Positions 47,002-55,209 of a stretch of DNA of 64,000 nt are shown one piece after another (positions within the stretch are counted from its first letter, which is position 1; every line of letters starts with the position of its first letter). The translations under genes and the position numbers were made by a program. This DNA comes from Chloroflexota bacterium. Lineage in GTDB: Bacteria > Chloroflexota > Dehalococcoidia > UBA2979. Location: contig JAQCIU010000009.1 of assembly GCA_027593235.1 (NCBI GenBank), positions 44,239-108,238 of the forward strand. The letters are read 5' to 3'. The notes below the pieces were generated by a model. That model had not been told where the DNA came from, made no database searches, and was given only the letters and a program-made list of their open reading frames with translations.

Positions 47002-47931
47002 CTACGCGTTCGCCGGCTTCTCGTCCTCGGCGCCCTTGCCCGTCGCCAGTGGCCGGTCGTGCGGTGCCGAGGCGTACGCGCCGCGGAAGTCGCGGAACGG
47101 CCCGTCGCGCCATTCGAGCGCTGCCTTCAGCCCCTGCTCCCGCGAAATCCGGCCAAACTCACCCGCCGCCGGGCGGTGCTTGCTCATCGCCTCGACATCC
47201 GTCCCGGACATCAGCCCGGTGCGGATCCCCATGATCTCGTACTGCCGGTTCACCGCCCGCTTGTTGTAGGCCAGCAGGTCGTTGTCGATGTGACCCAGCC
47301 GCTCCGCGAACCGCTCCGTGAACTCCTCGAGCTGGTCGCCGGGCACCGCGTAGGTCGCCCAGCCCATCCACTCCATGTCTTTCCCGGAGAACGCGTCGCC
47401 CGTGTACGCGAACAACCGCGCCTTCGCCGGCGGCAGGAACCACGGCGCCCACATCATGTCCATCGTCCCCATCGCCCGCACCGGCGGGTACCCCACCTGC
47501 GCGTCCTCGGCCACGATCCGGAAGTCGCAGATCGAAGCCAGCTCCGTACCGCCCGCCAGGCAGTAGCCGTGGATCTGCGCGATCACCGGCTTCGACAACT
47601 CCCAGATCATCCAGTTCGCCAGGATCGTGTGGCGTGACCAGTCGTAGTGGTTCGGGTGCGTCGAGCCCGTGTCCGGCATCAGCGAATGCGGCTCCACGTA
47701 CTTGCTCGGCTGCGGGTTCGGAGTCAGGTCGTAACCCGCGCTGAACGCCCGTCCCGCCGCCTTCAGGATGATCACGCCCACCTCGCGGTTGGCCTCCGCC
47801 TCCCGCATCGCGTGAAACACCTCGGCCCGCAACTCGTGCGAAAGCGCGTTCAGCTTCTCCGGTCGATCGAGCGTGATCCGGGCGATCCGGCCCTCGGTCT
47901 CGTATTGAATGAAGTCATAGTCGGGCGCCAT
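47002..47931 (-). CDS. enoyl-CoA hydratase/isomerase family
   Basis: LDRPEKLNAL, AFSAGYDL, KPVIAQIHGYCLAGG.E. Confidence 0.92.
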   Translation of the reverse strand: MAPDYDFIQYETEGRIARITLDRPEKLNALSHELRAEVFHAMREAEANREVGVIILKAAGRAFSAGYDLTPNPQPSKYVEPHSLMPDTGSTHPNHYDWSRHTILANWMIWELSKPVIAQIHGYCLAGGTELASICDFRIVAEDAQVGYPPVRAMGTMDMMWAPWFLPPAKARLFAYTGDAFSGKDMEWMGWATYAVPGDQLEEFTERFAERLGHIDNDLLAYNKRAVNRQYEIMGIRTGLMSGTDVEAMSKHRPAAGEFGRISREQGLKAALEWRDGPFRDFRGAYASAPHDRPLATGKGAEDEKPANA

Positions 47932-48116
47932 CGTCTGTCCTCTCGCGCGAACCATCTCGCTGCGGCGCCAGCATAGCCCCCCGCGCTGGTTCGCGCGGAG
48001 CGCGGTCCCGCAGTGGCTCGGCACCCGCAGTCCAACCGCTGCGGCAACCCGATTCTCGCTCGCCACGGGTCATCTGGGTGCTAGATTCCCCGCAGACAGA
48101 GCGATCGGAGCAACAC

Positions 48117-49289
48117 ATGGGCTGGTCAACGACACAACGCTTCGGGCTCACCCACCATCGGCCCCAGCTCAGCTACAAGGGCTACACCCTCGTCATCCCG
48201 CTCTCCGGCGACTCCGTCTTCCTGATTGACATGGACGGACGCTTCGTCCACCGCTGGCTGTTCAAGGGCTTCTCGCCGATGAAGGCGGAGCTGCTGGAAG
48301 ACGGCCACCTCCTCGTCATGGGCATCGAACACGCCCTCCGCCCCACCACCCCACCGCCAGAGGTCGGCGCACCCGCCGAGCCCTTCGAGACGCGGATCCG
48401 CCGCCTCGGTGCCAACTGCTCGCTCCTCCTCGAGGTCGGCTGGGACGGCGTCGAGCTCTGGCGCCACGCCGATATCGCCATGCACCACGACTTCAAGCGC
48501 CTCCCCAACGGCAACACCGTCTTCCCCGTCTGGGTCGAAATCCCCGAGGACCTCACCCGCCAGGTCAAGGGCGGCACCAAACTCCCGAAGGAGAAGCTCC
48601 CCGCCAGCCTCCTCGGCGACGACATAGTCGAGATCGATGCTGCCGGCAAGGAGCTCCGGCGAATCGAAACCTGGCGACACTACGACCCCCGCAAGGACCC
48701 GATCTGCCCGCTCGAAGGCCGCATCGAATGGACGCACGTCAATGCCGTCGACGTGAACGCCGAGGGCGAAACGGTCATCTCCTGCCGCAACAACAGCCGT
48801 GTCTCCGTCTTCTCACCGACTGGCGAGCTGACCTGGAACTACGGCGCGCCCGACACCGCGCACCAGCACCACGCCACCTTTGTCGCTGACGGCCGCGTCC
48901 TGATCTTCGACAACGGCGCACACCGCGTCCGCGGCGGCCCCACCTCGAAAGTCATCGAGGTGGACCGCGCAACCAACGAGGTCGTCTGGAGCTACCAGGG
49001 CACGCCCGCCGAGCAGTTCTTCAGCGGCCACATCTCCGGCGCCACCCGCCTCCCCAACCACAACACCCTGGTCTGCGAAGGCACCTCCGGCCGCCTCTTC
49101 GAGGTCACCCGCGCTGGCGAGGTCGTCTGGGAATGGTGGAACCCTGTCTACAACCCGCGGCCCAACGGCGAATCGATGGGCTGGCTCTTCCGCGCCTACC
49201 GCTACGCCCCCGACTACTCCGGCCTCGCTGGCCGCGATCTCGACCCCGCCCGCCTTGCCGACCTCAACCGCCTCTACCAGCTCCCCTGA
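48117..49289 (+). CDS. aryl-sulfate sulfotransferase (ASST) family protein
   Basis: HHDF, WTHVN, ISCRN, HQH, IFDNG, RLPNHNTL. Confidence 0.85.
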   Translation: MGWSTTQRFGLTHHRPQLSYKGYTLVIPLSGDSVFLIDMDGRFVHRWLFKGFSPMKAELLEDGHLLVMGIEHALRPTTPPPEVGAPAEPFETRIRRLGANCSLLLEVGWDGVELWRHADIAMHHDFKRLPNGNTVFPVWVEIPEDLTRQVKGGTKLPKEKLPASLLGDDIVEIDAAGKELRRIETWRHYDPRKDPICPLEGRIEWTHVNAVDVNAEGETVISCRNNSRVSVFSPTGELTWNYGAPDTAHQHHATFVADGRVLIFDNGAHRVRGGPTSKVIEVDRATNEVVWSYQGTPAEQFFSGHISGATRLPNHNTLVCEGTSGRLFEVTRAGEVVWEWWNPVYNPRPNGESMGWLFRAYRYAPDYSGLAGRDLDPARLADLNRLYQLP

Positions 49290-49293
49290 CCCA

Positions 49294-49363
49294 CGAGGAC
49301 CCGGCAACCCCCGAGGACCCGGCGGCCTCCGAGGATCGACCCGCGTCCCCAACGCACGAGGAC
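49294..49363. repeat. degenerate ~18-bp tandem repeat (CGAGGAC core, 4 copies)
   Basis: Cores at 49294, 49312, 49330, 49357. Confidence 0.55.
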
Positions 49364-49422
49364 GGCGCAACTGCCGCGCCGTCCTCGCTGGACACCAGCC
49401 GCCGGCCATCCGGCCGCGCGAG

Positions 49423-49926
49423 CTAGCGAACCGTCAGCTCGTGGATGAAGAACCCGCGCTCCTCGTCCGCCGTCTGCGCGCTGTAGTCGATCCACACCTC
49501 CGAGGGGTAACCGGCCCCCGCGTACACCGTCCGGATCTCGGCCGCGTCCTGATCGATCGCGTCCTGGATCAGCGCAAACAACCCCGTCACCGTCTGATAC
49601 TCCGCGAGCCGATCCGCCGGCAGCACCGCGCCGTCCTCCGTCGCGCCCGCCTCGATCGCCCCGTCCCGCACCTCGAGGTCAACGCGCACCACGTACTCGA
49701 CGATGCAGAAGCACTGCCAGTTGAACGTCATGTCGTAGTTGTCGGCCCCGTGCAACGCCCACAGCGCGCGCGCCACATCGAGGGCTGCCTGCGGGTCCGT
49801 CAGGCTATTCGGATCGGCCATCTCCGTCGGCGTCGCCGACGGCTCATCCGCCTTCGCGGTCGCGCTGCACCCCACCGCGATCGCCGTTAGCACCACCAGC
49901 GAAACCAAGAGCAACCTGCGCATCAT
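49423..49926 (-). CDS. lipoprotein, DUF6174-like
   Basis: Lipobox AVGC; W...G..NY, CFC, TV.GLF..IQ, GYP, DEE. Confidence 0.75.
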   Translation of the reverse strand: MMRRLLLVSLVVLTAIAVGCSATAKADEPSATPTEMADPNSLTDPQAALDVARALWALHGADNYDMTFNWQCFCIVEYVVRVDLEVRDGAIEAGATEDGAVLPADRLAEYQTVTGLFALIQDAIDQDAAEIRTVYAGAGYPSEVWIDYSAQTADEERGFFIHELTVR

Positions 49927-49995
49927 CGCCTCCCTCACCCGCTGCCTGAACAACGAGCGACGAGGCCAATCGGTTCCCCGAGGTCGCGCCGTGCG

Positions 49996-50478
49996 CTAGC
50001 GAGCGCGCGCCGTCCGCAGCGTCGCCGCAACAAACGCCGCCTTCTGGTTGCTGTACTCCTCGCGATCGAACCGGAACCGCTGCTGCAGCGCCCGCTTCAA
50101 CGCCGCGTACCCGGCCCGCGCCTCCGCGCTCCGCCGCAGCTCGTCCCGAAAATCGAGGTGGTCCTGCCACTGCCCCTCGCCCGGAACATAGGCATGCACG
50201 TGCACGTCTTCGCGATTGAAGTATTGGCGTCGCGGGATTCCGAACTCGCCTCGTGCCTCAAACCCGAGGCCGCTCATCGCCTCGACGATCGCGTACCCCG
50301 CCTCGAACGACCGCAGCCCCGGCATCAAATCGATGATCGGCTTCGCCAGCAGGCCCGGTACGGCCGTGCTGCCAACGTGCTCGACCACCACCACCGCGTC
50401 CCCGCACGCCTCGAGGATCCGCGCCGACCAGCTCGCCGCCAGCTCGCGCCACGCCGGATCGTGCGGCGCCAGGATCAC
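49996..50478 (-). CDS. GrpB family protein
   Basis: HDPAW, EHVGSTAVPGL.AKPIID, HVH, FRD.LR, Y.ALK; start uncertain (up to 50547). Confidence 0.88.
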   Translation of the reverse strand: MILAPHDPAWRELAASWSARILEACGDAVVVVEHVGSTAVPGLLAKPIIDLMPGLRSFEAGYAIVEAMSGLGFEARGEFGIPRRQYFNREDVHVHAYVPGEGQWQDHLDFRDELRRSAEARAGYAALKRALQQRFRFDREEYSNQKAAFVAATLRTARAR

Positions 50479-50521
50479 CTCATCGGCACGGTGCGGGGGC
50501 GCCCCGCCCGAGGCCGCATCC

Positions 50522-50833
50522 TCAGAACGTGTACTCGAACTCCTCATCGTCCTCGTCGTCTCCCTCGATCACGTCGCGCTCGTACACGAAGCGCCCGCCC
50601 ATCGCGGCGATCCCGAGCCCGTCGAGGTGGCTCAACGCGACACTCCGCAGTACCGGTACCGGGTACGAGGCCAACAGGTTGTCCTCGCCGGGACGCTGAC
50701 CGTGCCACGCGCACTCTGGCCAACTGCAATCTTCCATGTCCTCGCCCGGGTGCTGGTGCTTCGCCATCCGGTTGCCCAGGTGCCACTGCCACCAGCGAAT
50801 CTCGCCGCCATCCCGATCCATCGCCTCGTTCAT
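50522..50833 (-). CDS. small His/Cys motif protein, paralog B, with acidic tail
   Basis: RBS GGGGAGGT; RWW...HQ...DCSWPECAWHG..PGEDN; ends EGDDEDDEEFEYTF. Confidence 0.75.
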   Translation of the reverse strand: MNEAMDRDGGEIRWWQWHLGNRMAKHQHPGEDMEDCSWPECAWHGQRPGEDNLLASYPVPVLRSVALSHLDGLGIAAMGGRFVYERDVIEGDDEDDEEFEYTF

Positions 50834-50943
50834 CCCATCGACCTCCCCGTCGAGCCAAGTGCCACGCAATCCCACGGCGCCCATCGTCGCACCGCGCGCC
50901 CGCGCCGACGACCGCGCGACGCCCCACTCTCGAGGTACCCCGC

Positions 50944-51591
50944 CTACAGCACCTCGCGCAGCAGCTCCGTCAGCGTCCGGTGCGTCGGCGCTCCCGTTGC
51001 CACCAGCCGCTCCCGAGGTGCGTGCCCATCCTCCACCAGCACGCAGTCGATCCCCATCGCCGTCGCCACCTCGAAGTCGTGCTCCGTGTCCCCCACCAGC
51101 AACACCCGCTCCCGAGGCGTCTCGATCTTCCCGAGGTGCGCCAGCCCGTGATCCAGCTTCGAGGCCGCGTGGTGATCGTCGATCCCCACCAGCGCGCTCA
51201 TCCGCCGCCCGATCTCGAAGTGCGCCGTCACGGTGTTCAACATCCCCTGCTCCGAGGCCGACAGCATCGACTGCGTCACCCCGCGGCGGTGCAGCGCCTC
51301 CGTCGAGGCGTGCGCATCCTCCCGCAGCCGGTGCTCGCGCCACCGCGCGTCATACTCCGCGATGAACTCCACCGAGAGCGCCTCGAACGGCTCCCGATCC
51401 AGATCGAACCCCACGCGCTCGTAGTAGCCGCGCACCGGGAAGCCGAAGACCTCCTGGTACCGCACGCGATCGATCCCGGGCAGCGCACGCCGCCCCAGCA
51501 TCAGGTTCGCCACCTCGACCACCAGGTCGACGTCGTCGAACAGCGTGCCGTTCCAGTCCCAGATCACATGGTCGTAGCGCACGTCAGCCAA
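50944..51591 (-). CDS. HAD family hydrolase
   Basis: WDWNGTLFDD, LSAS, K, VGDT.HD. Confidence 0.92.
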   Translation of the reverse strand: MADVRYDHVIWDWNGTLFDDVDLVVEVANLMLGRRALPGIDRVRYQEVFGFPVRGYYERVGFDLDREPFEALSVEFIAEYDARWREHRLREDAHASTEALHRRGVTQSMLSASEQGMLNTVTAHFEIGRRMSALVGIDDHHAASKLDHGLAHLGKIETPRERVLLVGDTEHDFEVATAMGIDCVLVEDGHAPRERLVATGAPTHRTLTELLREVL

Positions 51592-51630
51592 TCCCCTCGC
51601 ACGCCACGACCTGCCTGCGCCAACCGCCCG

Positions 51631-51957
51631 CTATTTCAGCGGCGAGAAGTCCGTCGGCGCCATGATCCGGTTCTCGATGTGCGCCACCAGCGCGCCGTTC
51701 CGCTCGGACTCCTCGCGCGCCGTCTGCCACGCCGGATCCGATCCGAATGCCCGCCACGCCGCATCCCGCTGTGCCATGTCCTCGAACGCCAGCATGTACC
51801 ACAGCTCGTCGCTGCGGCCGCCGATCGTGTTGCGCCAGTAGCCAACGTTCTTCAGCCCGTGCTTCTCGAACAATGCGCACGTGTGGTCCCGGAACCGCGC
51901 GATCAAATCCGGAAGCTTCCCCGGAGCGGCACGGTAAATCCGAAGCTCGTAGATCAT
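51631..51957 (-). CDS. NIPSNAP family protein
   Basis: YELRIY.A.PGK, F.KHG, W.AF.SDP.W, PTDFSP. Confidence 0.92.
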   Translation of the reverse strand: MIYELRIYRAAPGKLPDLIARFRDHTCALFEKHGLKNVGYWRNTIGGRSDELWYMLAFEDMAQRDAAWRAFGSDPAWQTAREESERNGALVAHIENRIMAPTDFSPLK

Positions 51958-52197
51958 CTGTTTGTTCCTCCCACCGCCACGTTGGCGGCAACGCTCGGCA
52001 TGCTACACAGCCAGCAGCCACGCCACCGCTGCGCTCTCCAACCGGCCGAGGACTCACGCACCACACCATCGATGTCGCCGCGCGGAATCAGCGCGAGATC
52101 GTCAGTGGCGACCACCGCGCGAATCCTATCCCACGGCTCACCGTCGCCTTGATATTCTGCCCTCCGTGCCGGTCCCGATCAGCCCACGGAGGTACCC

Positions 52198-52707
52198 ATG
52201 CGCGAAACTCCCGAGGATCTCCAGCGCCTGCAAACGATCCTCGACCAGTCGCACGCGCGCGGCGGCGCGCACCTGCGTTCGATCATCACCGAGGAACGCC
52301 GCCTCTCCGCACAACAGATCGTCGATCGACTCCCCGCCATGAGCCTGCTCACCCTCGCCACCACCACCCGCGATGGCGCGCCGATTGCCGGCGCCGTCGA
52401 TGGCATCCTCTATCGCGGTGAATTCTGGTTCGGCTCCGCCCCGCACTCGCTCCGCTTCCGGCACATCCGCGAACGCCCCCGCGTCAGCGCCACCCACCTG
52501 CCCGGCGAACACCTCGGCGTCACCGTCCACGGCACCGCCCACATCGAAGGTGTCCCGGCGGCCCTCCCGGATGAGTTCCAGGCCGTCTGTGTTGAGATCT
52601 ACGGCGAAGCCTGGCACGAGTGGGGTGACGAGGCGATCTACGCTCGCCTCGAGCCGCAACGCATGTTCGTCTTTCACATGGACCCGGACGCCGCGACGGC
52701 CCCCTGA
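52198..52707 (+). CDS. pyridoxamine 5'-phosphate oxidase-like (split beta-barrel) protein
   Basis: RBS GGAGG; LATTTRDG.P, R.RHI..RP.VS, V.VHG.A. Confidence 0.85.
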   Translation: MRETPEDLQRLQTILDQSHARGGAHLRSIITEERRLSAQQIVDRLPAMSLLTLATTTRDGAPIAGAVDGILYRGEFWFGSAPHSLRFRHIRERPRVSATHLPGEHLGVTVHGTAHIEGVPAALPDEFQAVCVEIYGEAWHEWGDEAIYARLEPQRMFVFHMDPDAATAP

Positions 52708-52738
52708 CCGGTCAACCAGACCCGGTCCCGGCAGATCG

Positions 52739-53410
52739 CTACCCGCGCTGTGCGACGGCGTAGTGCCGGCCGCTGCGGTCGCGCGACTCCTCCACCACTA
52801 GCTCGTTCGCGCGCAGCACATACGCCATCGCCTGCGCGGTCCGCCGGCTCGTCGGCGCGGCCACCGCCAGATCCGCCGTCGTCCAGCTCGCCGCCAGCGT
52901 CGCCGGCAACAGCTCCAACAGCTCGCTGACCGCCTCGAAGCGTCGCGTCCCGCGCACCTGTCGCAACCGCCGGTCCATCACACGGCGCTCGCCACGGCGC
53001 CCCGGCTCACGGAGCTGCTCCTCGTCGATCAGCAGCACCTCAAGCACCAGGTTCGGATGGTCCAGCAACGTCGGCAGGCTCGTCAGCTCCGCGAACAAAT
53101 CCAGGATTGATCCACGTCGCGGCGAACGCCGCGGTCGCTTCCCCGTTCCCGTGATCCACGTCTCGATCGCGATCGGATGCACGATCCGGATCTGGTGATC
53201 GCCCAGCAGCCGATCCAGCTTCTTGCCCAGCGCGCCGAACGACCCCGTCTGGATCTCGATCAGCTCATCGCCGTCCGCCGTCGGCCGCACGATGTCGACC
53301 ACGAAGCCGCTCAGCGGCACCTCGAAGCGGTCGCCCGGCTGCGCCAGCAGCTCCTTGATCGCCGCATGCAACGAACCTTCGTTGAGCGTCCCAATCTCCG
53401 AGGGCGTCAC
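52739..53410 (-). CDS. hypothetical protein, PD-(D/E)xK-like N-domain plus C-terminal wHTH-like segment
   Basis: GTLNEGSLHAAIK, FEV....VVDI, LIEIQT; GTG overlaps the ArsR TGA (GTGA). Confidence 0.7.
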   Translation of the reverse strand: MTPSEIGTLNEGSLHAAIKELLAQPGDRFEVPLSGFVVDIVRPTADGDELIEIQTGSFGALGKKLDRLLGDHQIRIVHPIAIETWITGTGKRPRRSPRRGSILDLFAELTSLPTLLDHPNLVLEVLLIDEEQLREPGRRGERRVMDRRLRQVRGTRRFEAVSELLELLPATLAASWTTADLAVAAPTSRRTAQAMAYVLRANELVVEESRDRSGRHYAVAQRG

Positions 53411-53817
53411 GCCTTCGGCCGGCTCCCCGCGTCCCCTGTACTGCTCTCGGCGTCCCCGCCATCCACAACCGGCTGCGGGCCAAGCATCCGGCCGAGCGTG
53501 GAGACCGCCCAGGGATCCACGCGGTAGTAGACGTTCGAGGCGTGACGCTTGCTGGTCACCAGCCCCGCCTCGCGCAGCACCTTCAGGTGGTGGCTCACCG
53601 TCGGCTGCGACAGCTCCAGCCCGTCCACCAACTCGTGCACGCAGGCGTCGCCGTTCCGCGCCGAAATCATCGAGAGCAGTCGTACCCGCGTCGGATCGGA
53701 AAGCGCCCGAAACGCCTCGGTCACGCACGCCAGTTCGCCCGCTCTCAGTTCGCCCGCAAGCAGCGGATCGGAACCCGTCAGCGCGCTCAGCGGCGATCCC
53801 TGCGTCGGTTCATTCAT
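53407..53817 (-). CDS. ArsR/SmtB family transcriptional regulator
   Basis: FRALSDPTR, CVHEL, LSQPTVSHHLKVLREAGLV, VYY. Confidence 0.93.
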   Translation of the reverse strand: MNEPTQGSPLSALTGSDPLLAGELRAGELACVTEAFRALSDPTRVRLLSMISARNGDACVHELVDGLELSQPTVSHHLKVLREAGLVTSKRHASNVYYRVDPWAVSTLGRMLGPQPVVDGGDAESSTGDAGSRPKA

Positions 53818-53851
53818 ATCGACGTTGCTCGATATTGACGTTCATCGATGT
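53816..53851. promoter_or_regulatory. putative ArsR operator: two overlapping palindromes
   Basis: ATATCGA-N6-TCGATAT (53816-35) and ATATTGA-N6-TCGATGT (53832-51), overlapping the ArsR start. Confidence 0.7.
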
Positions 53852-53943
53852 CAGCGCGATGATGCTCCGACTGCCCACCCGCGTCAACACCTGCGTTCAG
53901 CTCGGGCGCCGCGTGATCAGCCACGCGCTCGCCGGAGGGGCCA

Positions 53944-55209
53944 ATGTTCTCCCGCAGCTTCCTGGTCCTCTGGGGCGCGATGCTCGTCGCCATGGCCGGG
54001 ATCGGCATGGTCTCCCCGCTGCTCCCGGTCTATGTCCGGGACGAACTCGGCGGCCCGGAGATTGCCGTCGCCCTCTCCTTCTCTGGACTCGCCATCTCCC
54101 AGATCATCGCCGCCCCATTCGTCGGTCGCCTTGGTGATCGCTACGGCGTGAAGCCGTTCATCGTCGGCGGCTTCCTGATCTACGCCATCGGCGCGCTCGG
54201 GTACCGACTCACCGACAGCTGGGAGTTGGTCGTCGCCTTCCGCGTCCTCTCCGGCTTCGGTGCCGGCTCCATCTTCCCGCTCACCCTCGCCTACGTCGGT
54301 CGCCTCGCCCCTGAGGGCCGCGAAGGCAGCTACATCGGCGTGTTCGCGGTCGCCGAGGTCACCGGCTTCGGGCTCGGACCGCTGCTCGGTGGCGCGATCC
54401 GTGACGCCATCGACGCCGATGCCGCCTTCGTCGCCATGGCCGCCATGCTCGCCGTCACCGGCCTCACCACCCTGCTGCTGCTCCCCGCCGAAGAGAAGGA
54501 ACCGGTCGGCGAACCATCCCGCCGAAACGTCGCCGAGGATGGCACGCCCGCCCTCCCCTGGCGCCGGCTGCTCCGCCGCCTCGATGTGCAGGCCGGCGTC
54601 ATCGCCAGCATCGTGATCGCGCTCGGCTGGGGCACCGCCGGCACCTACATGGCGGTCTTCGTCGTCAGCGATGACGGGCTCGGCACCGATAGCGCTCTCT
54701 TCGTCGGCGTGCTCCTCGGCCTGCGCTCCATCCTCGGCGCCGTCTTCCAGCCAATCGCCGGCTTCGCCGCCGATCGCCTCAACCGCATTTGGCTCGTGCT
54801 CGGCGGACTCACTGTCGCCGCCGTCGCCCAGTTCTTCATCCCCGATCTGCCGCGCGACCTCACCGAAACGTCAGTCCTCGGCGGCACCATGACCATCGCC
54901 CCCTGGCTGCTCGTCACCATCGTCGTCGTCGGCATCGGCGAAGCCTTCGCCTTCCCCGCTGAACAGGCGATCTTCGTCAGCATCGGTCGCAAGGTCGGCA
55001 TGGGATCGATGATGGGGCTGAACCAGATGGGCGGAGGCCTCGGCTTCCTCGGCGGATCGTTGGTCGGAGCGGCAGTGGTCAGCACCATCGGCATCGATGC
55101 TGTCTTCCGCGCCGCCGGCGTGATCACACTCTTCGGCGCGCTGCTCTTCACCGTGATGATGCGGCGCGCGCTCGCCCGCTACGCGCCGCCGCCGCGCTCC
55201 ACCACCTGA
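53944..55209 (+). CDS. MFS transporter
   Basis: GRLGDRYG motif A; about 12 hydrophobic segments. Confidence 0.92.
   Translation: MFSRSFLVLWGAMLVAMAGIGMVSPLLPVYVRDELGGPEIAVALSFSGLAISQIIAAPFVGRLGDRYGVKPFIVGGFLIYAIGALGYRLTDSWELVVAFRVLSGFGAGSIFPLTLAYVGRLAPEGREGSYIGVFAVAEVTGFGLGPLLGGAIRDAIDADAAFVAMAAMLAVTGLTTLLLLPAEEKEPVGEPSRRNVAEDGTPALPWRRLLRRLDVQAGVIASIVIALGWGTAGTYMAVFVVSDDGLGTDSALFVGVLLGLRSILGAVFQPIAGFAADRLNRIWLVLGGLTVAAVAQFFIPDLPRDLTETSVLGGTMTIAPWLLVTIVVVGIGEAFAFPAEQAIFVSIGRKVGMGSMMGLNQMGGGLGFLGGSLVGAAVVSTIGIDAVFRAAGVITLFGALLFTVMMRRALARYAPPPRSTT

Noticed and set aside
53407-53817. Arsenic resistance operon
   Set aside because: No arsB/acr3/arsC, and the CxC motif is incomplete
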